Position numbers and translations under genes: made by a program. Under the pieces are notes generated by a model. That model made no database searches. It saw only the letters and a list, made by a program, of their open reading frames with translations, and was not told the DNA's origin. A DNA stretch of 64,000 nt from Centroscyllium fabricii. Taxonomy: Eukaryota. This document shows positions 12,521 to 22,800 of the stretch, one piece after another (position 1 is the stretch's first letter; each line of letters opens with the position of its first letter). Where the stretch lies: assembly GCA_051313645.2 (NCBI GenBank), contig JBNRSN020000008.1, positions 82,088,001-82,152,000 of the forward strand, in the 5' to 3' direction.

Positions 12521-12866
12521 CAGGTACACAATCCCTTATCCGCAACTCCAAAAACCGAAAAGCTCCAAAAACCAAAGTTTTTCTTCAATTTATTTAAGAA
12601 AAAAATGATTTAAGCTGCAGCAGAAAAAACACGTTCCTACCCTGATCTCGTGCTGTTGATGCCGTGCTGAGGGAAAAAATGGCCGATCTCCTCCTGCAAA
12701 TGGCTGATCTCCCCTGCAAACGGCCGATACACCCTTCCCCGACTGCGAGCTGGGCCGCAAACATGGCATTGCGCATGCACACTGGGGCCAACTCTAAAAA
12801 CCGTATTTATCCGAAAACCAATACCCCTCCGGTCCCGAGGTTTTTGGATAAAGGGTTGTGTACCTG
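12521..12866. mobile_element. Tc1/mariner (pogo/Tigger-like) MITE, 346 bp, TA TSD
   Basis: TIRs CAGGTACACAATCCCTTATCC / GGATAAAGGGTTGTGTACCTG; TA on both sides; interrupts a CR1 remnant. Confidence 0.85.
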
Positions 12867-13165
12867 TAATAGATTCTAGCATTTTCCCTACTACTGATGT
12901 CAGGTGAACTGGTCTGTCGTTCCCTGTTTTCACTCTCCCTCCTTTCCAAAATAGTGGGGTTATATTTGCTACCTTCCAATCCGTGGGAACCATTCTAGAT
13001 TCTATGAAATTTTGGAAAATTAGAACCAAATGCATCCACTATCTCTAGCCACCTCTTTCAAAGCCTGAGGATGTCTTGCACTACCTTCTCTGTGCAACGA
13101 AAATCCGTGTCCCGAAACGCCGGCAGCTTCAGTCTGCCGGCACAAATTGCCCCGACTGCACTGCG

Positions 13166-13467
13166 CGACGTATCGTCAATAGCCTTAATAAAACTAAAGA
13201 CGCGTAGTTACCTTAACTAGAGGCTTTTATTAGCTTACAAAGGAGCTACGCTCCGATCGAACATCAGGTACAGAATGAATGGGGGCAGGTCAGTCCCCAC
13301 CTATAAGGCACTCACCTGAGGGGAGGAGTTAGAGGTGTGGCTGACCTGACCCCGCGACAGTGTCGCAATACAAGGTAGTGTATTATGCACCCGGCCGCTA
13401 TACATGCAATACAATATTGGCAACAATATTGAGGTGGTAAAAGAGTACATATATAACGGTTACCACA
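13166..13467 (-). mobile_element. Solo LTR of family B (closest to the B2 LTRs), no TSD
   Basis: Reverse complement of the 43099-43411 LTR type; flanks CTGCG and AACAA do not match. Confidence 0.88.
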
Positions 13468-14273
13468 AACAACCCCCTGCGTAAAGAAATGTCTCCTATT
13501 CTCTTTCCTCACTCAGTGACAGTTTTAAATTGATGACTCCTCATCACCTCCCCAAGCAGAGGAAATGGTCTTCCCTATTAATACCTTTGATAGTTTTAGA
13601 AAGCTCCATTATACAGGTACAGGTTGTGCACCGAAAATCTGTGACCCGAAACGCCGGCAGCTTAAGTCTGCCGGCACAAATTGCCCCGACTGCACTGCGC
13701 ATGCGCACGATGGCAGCCGCCATTGCGGCTTCGGCGAATGATCTGTGCATGCGCCGCTGAACGGCGAGCGCATGCACAGATCATTCAAAACGGCTGCCGG
13801 GAGTTTTGAATGATCTGCGCATACGTCGCTGGACGACGAGCGCATGCGCAGATCATTCAATACGGCCGCCGGTTATTTTCTCGACAGCTGAGCCCCTTGA
13901 CTGAGGCGACAGTCACCCGGCAGCAGCTGTCAGCCCGAGTCCGGCTCGGCGGCAGCAGCAACCCCAAAGGCGATGGAGAGGGAAGGCGGACCTACTGGGC
14001 CCGACCCGCGCCCGCACAACCCTCCTTCTCCCCTTGCAAGACCGGCCTTTCATTGCTGCCCGACAGCCCTAAAAGACAAACGGAACGCCACAAAAGCCTG
14101 AGCCCCTCAAAAAACTTTGCGGCGGCCATTATTGGATGATCTGCGCATGCGCTCGCCAGCCATTCCCAATGTTGTGCGCATGTGCGCGGCCATTTTTAAT
14201 GGTGCGCGCATGCGCATTGTCCAAATTCATTCTCCCGTTTTTTTCACTTTCCCGGCATGGGCCTGGTCCCGCC

Positions 14274-17200
14274 TGTGGTAAACCACTGTTTTCCTGTATA
14301 TATCCACCCCGTTATGTATATATCTGTATCTCTGTAATCGTACTATTCTCCATGTTGTACATAGCCTATTGTGTGCGATTACCTGGACATGCCCATGCTG
14401 GCTCCACCCGCGACTCCTCCCTCCCAGGAGGAGGTATATAAGCGGCCGTCTCCCATCCCCCGGCCATTCCTGGGGACGGTCGACTAGCTGGTGCATGTCC
14501 ACCATTTAGCGAATAAAAGCCGTATTGTTTCACCTTTCTAACTACTCGTCCACGAGGTCGTTATTTCGGTCACAATTTTATTCGCTAAATTTTGAAGATG
14601 GACGCAATGCTCAAGCTAGCAACGTTTGAATTGGATCCCCGGACACCAGGCGCATCAAACACATTCTCGCACTGGTATGACTGCTTCGATGCATACATGA
14701 GAGCGAACGCAGGGGTCGTCAGGACCGAAGAGGACAAACGGCGACTCCTCAACGCCCGCGTGGGCCCTCAGGTGTACTCCATGATCGTGGACGCATCATC
14801 ATACTTGGATGCTATCAGGATCCTCAAGGCGGAGTACAACCGGGCACCCAATATCGTCCACGCCAGACACATTCTAGCCACCAGAAAGCAGCAACCCGGT
14901 GAGTCCAGCGTGAAATTCCTAAGAGCGCTGAGAGTGCTATCACGGGCCTGTGACTGCAGAGCGCAATCGGCCCAGGTCCATGTGAACAGTCTAATCAGAG
15001 ACGCATATGTTACAGGCCTCAGGTCGGACTATATCAGACAAAGGCTGTTAGAACAGAACGGCCTTGACCTGCAGGCAACAGCGGACCTGGGCAACGCGCT
15101 GGATGTGGCCTCGTTAAACTTATCGTCATACTCTGGCAACTATACGGGCCCAGCCCCGACAACTTGGACGGCGGAAGAAATGATCGCAGCCGCCCACGCT
15201 AAGACGGCAAAATGTTACTTCTGCGGGCAGTCTCAGCATCCGAGACGCAGCTGCCCGGCAAAAGACGCGGCCTGCTCGAAATGCGGAAAGAAGGGACATT
15301 ACGCTAAAGTCTGTAAGGCGACTGCAGCCCCTAAACCGAAACCGGGCAGTGCCACGTGTGGAACATGGGGGCAGCCATATTGGACTCAGCCATCCCCCAC
15401 TCAGCACACCGCGTGGCAGCAGACGCCATATTGGACCCAGCCACCCCCTCTGCAGTACACCGCATGGCGGCAGCCATCTTGGGACCAGGCCCCGGAGGAC
15501 TTCTCGCCGGATCAAGAGGAATCGTCTGATCCAATATTGGCATCGGTGACCCTGGACCAGAACAAGGCTCAATCACTCGGGAAATCGATGATGCCGGTGG
15601 GAGTGAACGGACAGGACGTTGAGTGCCTTTTCGACAGCGGGAGCACGGTGAGTTTTGTTCATCCTGAAACAGTAAGGCGCCTCTCCCTTAAGGTTATGCC
15701 AGCGAGCCAAAAGATCTCAATGGCTTCCAAATCGGAATCTGAGGACGTCTCCGGGCGTTGCGCAGTGGCTCTAATGGTGCGGGGCGTGCACTTTAGTAAC
15801 TTTAACTTTTTCGTGCTGCCGCAGCTCTGCGCTCCATTGCTATTGGGTCTGGACTTCCAGTGCCATCTCCAAAGCGTTACCATGGCGTACGGTGGGCCCC
15901 TTCCCCCGCTCATGGTCAGCAACCGGCGCTCGGCGCAGCACCCCCAGCGCGCTACCTGTGGCTTCTCGACCCTTAAGGTCGCCCCTCCCTCGCTCTTTGC
16001 CAACCTCACCCCAGACTGCAAGCCCATCGCCACCAAGAGTAGGCGCTACAGTGCTGGGGACATGGACTTTATCAAGTCCGAGGTGCAGCGCCTCCTGAAG
16101 GAGGGGGTTATCGAGGCCAGTAATAGCCCCTGGAGGGCGCAGGTAGTGGTGGTGAAGACCGGAGCTAAGAACCGGATGGTAGTGGACTATAGTCAGACCA
16201 TCAATCAGTTCACCCAGTTAGACGCATACCCCCTCCCCCGGATAGCGGACATGGTGAATCAGATTGCGCAGTTCCGGGTGTTCTCCACCATAGATCTGAA
16301 GTCCGCGTATCACCAGCTCCCCATTCGCCCAGAGGACCATCTCTATACTGCCTTCGAGGCTGACGGTCGCCTCTACCACTTCCTCAGGGTCCCGTTTGGC
16401 GTCACGAATGGGGTCTCGGTCTTCCAAAGGGAGATAGACCGAATGGTCGATCAGTACGGGCTGCGAGCCACTTTACCGTACCTCGATAATGTGACCATCT
16501 GCGGCCACGATCAGCAGGACCATGACGCCAACCTCCAGAAATTTCTCCACACCGCCAAAACACTCAATCTGACGTATAACACTGAAAAATGTGTGTTCAG
16601 TACCACCCGCCTCGCCATCCTCGGCAGTGTTGTGGAGAATGGGGTCATCGGTCCCGACCCGGACCGCATGCGCCCCCTCCTGGAGCTCCCCCTCCCCCAC
16701 TCCCCCAAGGCCCTTAAACGGTGCTTGGGTTTCTTTGCCTATTATGCCCAGTGGGTCCCCAACTATGCGGACAAAGCTCGCCCACTACTTAAATCAACCT
16801 CATTCCCCCTGTCAGCAGATGCCCGCGCGGCATTCTGCGGCATTAAGGACGACATTGCAAAGGCAACGATGCACGCCGTGGACGAGTCCGTCCCATTCCA
16901 GGTAGAGAGCGATGCATCGGACTTTGCCCTGGCCGCCACCCTTAACCAGGCGGGCAGACCCGTGGCCTTCTTCTCACGTACCCTCCAGGGCCCCGAAACC
17001 CGTCACTCCTCAGTTGAGAAGGAGGCCCAGGCCATCGTTGAAGCAGTGCGTCACTGGGAGCACTACCTGGCCGGCAAGCGATTTACCCTGCTGACTGACC
17101 AACGCTCAGTCGCTTTTATGTTCAACAACAAAGAGCGGGGTAAAATCAAGAACGACAAGATATTAAGGTGGAGAATTGAGCTCTCCGTGTTCAATTACGA

Positions 17201-18887
17201 TATCTTGTACCGGCCCGGGAAATTTAACGAACCCCCAGACGCCCTTTCCCGCGGTACCTGTGCCAGTGCACAGACAGACCATCTCCAAACCCTACACAAT
17301 GACCTCTGCCATCCGGGGGTCACCAGGTTGGTTCACTTCGTGAAGTCCCGCAACCTCCCCATCTCCATCGAGGAGGTCAAGACCATGACCAGCAACTGCC
17401 AGGTCTGTGCGGAGTGCAAGCTGCACTTCTATCGGCCAGACCGGGCGCACATGATCAAGGCCACCCGCCCCTTTGAACAACTCAGCGTCGACTTCAAAGG
17501 CCCCCTTCCTTCCACCAACAGGAACGTGTACTTCCTCAATGTCATTGACGAGTACTCCCGCTTCCCTTTTGCCATCCCCTGCCCGGACATGACCTCAGCC
17601 ACTGTAATCAAAGCCCTCCACAGCATCTTCTCTCTGTTCGGCTACCCCAGCTACATCCATAGCGACCGGGGGGCCTCTTATGAGTGACGAGCTGTGTCAG
17701 TTCCTGCTAGCCAAAGGCATCGCTACTAGCAGGACTACCAGCTATAACCCCCGGGGGAACGGACAGGTAGAGAGGGAGAACGCCACTGTCTGGAAGGCCA
17801 TCCTATTAGCCCTACGGTCTAAAGGCCTCCCAGTCTCCCGCTGGCAGGACGTCCTCCCTGAAGTGCTCCACTCCATCCGGTCCCTCCTGTGTATGGCCAC
17901 TAATGCCACCCCTCACGAGCGACTTTTTGCCTTCCCCAGGAAGTCGGCTTCCGGGACCTCGCTACCATCGTGGCTGCTATCCCCGGGACCAGTCCTACTA
18001 CGGAAGCATGTGAGGGGCCACAAGGCAGATCCCCTGGTCGAACGGGTCCACCTCCTGCACGCCAACCCCCAGTACGCTTACGTGGCGTACCCCGACGGGA
18101 GGGAGGACACCGTGTCCATCAAGGACCTGGCGCCAGCGGGATCCCCCAAAACCAGCCCCGCCCAGCAGCCCGCGCCCCCAAGGCGGCCAACCACCCCATC
18201 TGGGCCACCGGCGCCAAGGTACGCTCCCCGGCACGAGAACCCAGCACCCCGGTACGTCCACCCGGCACCTGTGGGCAGCACGGCATGGCCTCCAGCATGG
18301 TTCCACAGTACACGCCCCCTAGAGTCAGACGACGAGGGAGAGAGCGCGCCACCTACTGTCACCGCAAGGGCACCAACGAGAAATCAACCGACACTATCTA
18401 CCATCGCTCGCCAACCGGCATCATCACCAACGGTGCAACCTCAACCGGCCACTCCACGACCGCGGACACCATCAGCGGTGCGACGCTCAACCAGGATCAC
18501 CAGGCCGCCTGAGCGACTTAATTTGTAATTTTAAAAGAACTGTCGCGTTCACCCCGCCGGACTTTTGTTTTTAAAGAAGGGGTGAATGTGGTAAACCACT
18601 GTTTTCCTGTATATATCCACCCCGTTATGTATATATCTGTATCTCTGTAATCGTACTATTCTCCATGTTGTACATAGCCTATTGTGTGCGATTACCTGGA
18701 CATGCCCATGCTGGCTCCACCCGCGACTCCTCCCTCCCAGGAGGAGGTATATAAGCGGCTGTCTCCCATCCCCCGGCCATTCCTGGGGACGGTCGACTAG
18801 CTGGTGCATGTCCACCAATTAGCGAATAAAAGTCGTATTGTTTCACCCTTCTAACTACTCGTCCATGAGGTCGTTATTTCGGTCACA
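14274..18887 (+). mobile_element. Full-length Ty3/Gypsy LTR retrotransposon A1 (4614 bp), TSD CCGCC
   Basis: 301-bp LTRs 14274-14574 and 18587-18887 (about 5 differences by eye), TG...CA, PPT AAAGAAGGGGTGAA, domain order Gag-PR-RT-RH-IN. Confidence 0.97.
14598..18528 (+). pseudogene. A1 gag-pol, single frameshift (2-bp deletion near 17679)
   Basis: Two CCHC knuckles, protease LFDSGS, RT IDLKSAYHQ and YLDN, RNase H ESDASD..DALSR, integrase HHCC and D,D(35)E; A2 has TCTTTCATG where A1 has TCTTATG. Confidence 0.92.
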
Positions 18888-19232
18888 CCGCCCGTGCCTG
18901 ATTAATGGTGCACAACCTGTATTACCTTTTTGCTTTCTCTGCTCCAGTCAGTGGAAATAGTCCCAGTATCTCAAGTCTGCTCATAACTTAGTTTCTCATC
19001 ACGGATATCATCCTGGTGATCCTATGCTGTATGTTCTCTATGGCTTTGATGCCCTTTATATAATAGGTGTCCAAAACTGACACAGTACTTAACTGACCTA
19101 ATAATTTGTCTTGTACAAACTTATAACCTTTGCTGTGTCCTTCCTTTTTGGGAAATGTCTTTACTATTTCACGTTGACATATGTACTCCATGAACAGCAT
19201 TGAAATCACTGAAGATGAAATTGAAAGAGACC

Positions 19233-19865
19233 TAGGGCTATCAGTTGGGGGCACTACCTTCGCGGGGGTGCTAATTTTAGCAGCCCAAAAAAGTTAGCGC
19301 CCTTGCGGCTGACTTTCCCTGGTAGTGCCCCAAGTGGGAGGAGGGGTGCTACTGGAAGCACCCCGCATCCCTCTTGGAGTACCGCAGCGCAGGGCCACGT
19401 GCTGCGGCACGTTACCAGGAGGGGCCTGGAGCAGCGCATCCCGGCACCCAGCTGGGCCACCAGGGTTCTGGAGTGCCAGTCTCATGGAGAGCAGCTGGCA
19501 CCCCGTGGGGGGGGGGAGGGGCTTCATGGGGGCCGGGGACAGCAACAGAGCAGGTGCTGGCAGTCGGCCAATAATATAAATAGCCGCCCACCACCTCCCC
19601 TTTAACTAGCGCCGCCACAGGTAGGCCCCCCTGACTCCGCCGGACATAGCGTCGGGGGGGGGGGGTGCCACCCAATGTTACAGCTGGGACCTGAGCGGGG
19701 CGCTGTGCACGGCGATGACGTCATCGGCGGCGTTATGCCGCCGCGAACCACCTGCTGAATTTTGCAGGAGCTGTTAGTGTTGCCGCGCCCAGGCACTAGT
19801 TGATTTGCGTCCCATGAGCGCCCTAGGCTCTAACAGGAGGCGCAAATCAACCGAATTTAGCCCCC
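19233..19865. mobile_element. Harbinger-derived MITE related to the ends of the element at 35007
   Basis: About 19803-19865 is a diverged reverse complement of about 35007-35072; GC-rich island in AT-rich DNA. Confidence 0.55.
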
Positions 19866-22800
19866 CCCCCCCGAGTTTTAATAGACTCGACGCTAAACAT
19901 GCTCAGCAAATGCAGAGCAGCAACCAACAAAACCAATGTAATGTTGAACTATATTTAAAAAAACACAGATTACAAATCAGAAGAAGTCAAGATTAAACTC
20001 TAGTCAGACTGTACCTTGAGTACAGTGTCCAGTGTCCAGTGGGTATCGAGGCACAAGGGAGAATTTTAGCATTAGAGACAATGCAAAGAAGAGACACAAG
20101 ACTGATCTCTAGTCAAAGATCTGAGTTGAAGCTAGATTGCAGAAGCTTGGGCTTCTCAACTTTGAAAAGAGGCATCTAAGTGGTGATTTTATTGAGGTAT
20201 GTTAAAGGCATGTTAAAGGTAACTCTGAAAAATTACTTTAAATTAAAGTGAGATTAAGACAAGGGACTACAGGTTCAAACCAATTAAAGGTAAATTTAGG
20301 ACTGATGTTCGGAAGTTCTTCACACACAATGATTGATGCATGTAATGGATCTCTGGATGGAGTAGTAGAGGTGAAAACCCTGGAGTTATTTAAGATCCAG
20401 TTACATACTACATTATGGACACCTTAGGGTCTTTTTGGAAAATTAAACTAAGGTGGTCCAAATAACCTTCCTCAGCCAAAAATGTCTTGTCATCTTGTGA
20501 TCAGAGTCCTTACTTAATTTTTTGCTTAGTTTTAATCTCTATCCATTGAACTCTATTGTTTGCTATACCTTTTTACCTTTGAGAAAAATATCGGCTTTGT
20601 ACTCTATCCATCTCCTATTTAGCTACACAAAACATGTTTGTTTATTATTTGCAAAATAAAAGTAACTAATGATTGAATTTCTGCATTTTGAATCACTTTT
20701 GTGTAATAATGGTGAGGTGGTTTTGGAACTGTATAGTTCAGAAGCCTCTAGGCCCTCATTTTATAGCAGCATCTTTAAGTAAAGATGTTAGTAATTTAGA
20801 ACTTTCTATTTACCAGAGTCTTAGCACAAACCCTTTCTGTATGTGAGTTAAAACTTAAAGTGAAGCACCTCAAAGTTTCATGTGGTTAAGATAGAATTTC
20901 ACTATAATCTCCACTGGAAGCTTTAATAGAACTTGTAAGATTATGAAGTTGCCCCTACCTGATATGCTCTCAAGGATATTAAATAACTTCATTAAACCTG
21001 TTGCCCGAGTCCCTGTAAATGATTTTGGTGCAGTAGGTTACCTTGTACATCTCCGGCATGTACGTGACTTTATTTGGTAAAATTTCACTTTGCACAGTTT
21101 GGGTCTAAATTAAGGAAGACTGAAAGTCATGTCCAAGAAGATTAAGGCTTTAATTGAATGAAACCAAATAGTTTTGATGAAAATGGCATTCACATGATAT
21201 GAAGGCTGGATGACTTGCAAAAATGTCATTGTTAAGTCAGTAGAAATGGAAGTTTTACTGGAGGCCAGCAGTATGAATTTTATCTTCTAGATATTATCTT
21301 GATCTAAAAGTTATTTTTACCATTTTTAATTTAAACACACAACTAAAATATATGCATCACCATGTTAGTGAAACTTTATTATTAATAAAAATGTTGAGCC
21401 ATCATTATGATACTAATGAGTAAAATGACAACGGGAATTGGCAAATATATTCAAGAAGCAAAGGCAAATCCACTGTTTCCTTAAAATGGTAATTCCAGTT
21501 TCTTTACCTATATATGATGGTGACCATACTATATATTTATGTTTGCAGAATAATTGTTCAAACCAAGATGGTGTTAGTTTTAATGAAGTTTTAATATTGA
21601 TGACATTAAATACAGGATTGGTGAATTTCATTGAAAGCTGTACAGACTGCAGCTGACTTATTTTTCCTTTATATTTGCAAATCGGTGGCCATGTCACCAC
21701 TATTGAGCAGTGCTCTGTTAGGAATATAGCTCATTGCATCTATAACTTTGTACTTTCAAACAAGGGGTTCAATGGCACTCTTCTAGTAGATCATAGCAAG
21801 ACACAGAAAAGTAGTACAGTGCATTGTAAACACTGGCCCAAAATTTCCTGGAAAGGCGCCATTTGTGACTTTTGTCATACATTACCCTGTTTAGTGCCCT
21901 GATCGCCTGTTGTGAACTAACTCCAGAATTTCTTGAAAAAGTAATGTGAATACACTGCAGAAAGCATAATGCTATAGCAGGGACCTCGGAAGCAGGGCAG
22001 CCAATGACTTACTCCATCTGCATCAATTAAGCCGATCAACGTTGGCAGGACTTGAGACATAGGCTTCAATTTTCCCATAGGTGCGGGGAATTGGCAGGTT
22101 TCGGGTGGGTCAGGTTTCTGATGTGAATTTTAAAGGGACTGGGAGCCCCACGCATTTTTGGCTCAATTGGCCAATTAATTCCCCGCTTGTGAGAACCCCT
22201 GCCAATTGACTGATTTAAGACAGAAAGCCGGCGGGGTTCCCACTGTGTAACCACCAGAGCCCTTGATTGACAAGTATAAGTAGTTTCAATTGCTTGTATA
22301 TGTTGACTGAGTGCTTTGTGATGTCATAAAGCTCTGTAACCACAAGCCCTTGATTGACAAGTATAAGTAGTTTGTTTCACTGGCAACCTCTTGATAGCTA
22401 GGGAAGACCTATCTGTCAATCAGTAGAAATCAGCTGGAAGGTGAGTTTTTGAAAGTTTTTTCCCCACTGATCTTGTTCACCCTAGGGAAACAGTTAGACC
22501 TCCAGCATGATGTAGCCCGGGGAGGAATTCTGCTACAGCTGCTTGAATGCCTTGAAGTAGAAAGTCAGCAAGCTGAATGTGTCCCCGCTAGGTTTCACCG
22601 GCAGGGTTTCCGGCTGGCGGGTTATGGGTGGAAAATGCTTCAAAATCACGGGGGGCCCTTGAAATGGTATTATGCATGCCAATTAAGGGTATTTAATATG
22701 CCTTATGACCATTCCCGCCGACCGCCGGCGGGAAAGATTTGGGGCGGCTAGACACGGCAGCGGGAAATCGCAAAACGATGGGGGGGGGGGGGGGGGGCAG

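Larger units (their letters stand above)
3560..13075 (-). mobile_element. CR1-type LINE fragment hosting nested insertions (own pieces about 3560-3603, 3821-3997, 11796-12520, 12867-13075)
   Basis: Minus-strand RT remnants (DKGEPVDVVYLNFQKAFNKV; VPTDWKVANITPLF); sequence resumes colinearly after the plus-strand CR1 tail near 11795. Confidence 0.75.
13620..18919. mobile_element. Non-autonomous Tc1/mariner-type element (about 0.7 kb) split by LTR element A1
   Basis: 13-bp TIR CAGGTTGTGCACC / GGTGCACAACCTG with TA at both flanks. Confidence 0.75.

Noticed and set aside
17670-17690. Possible programmed frameshift between ORFs 14592-17687 and 17680-18528
   Set aside because: It falls inside the integrase core, and A2, B1 and B2 are continuous here; it is a 2-bp deletion.
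18140-18528. Possible extra domain (env or chromodomain) after integrase
   Set aside because: Only a Pro-rich low-complexity tail ending in the common RRSTR..RPPERL motif; no transmembrane or chromodomain pattern.
22246-22372. About 40-bp direct repeat
   Set aside because: Simple local duplication in a decayed repeat region with no further structure.
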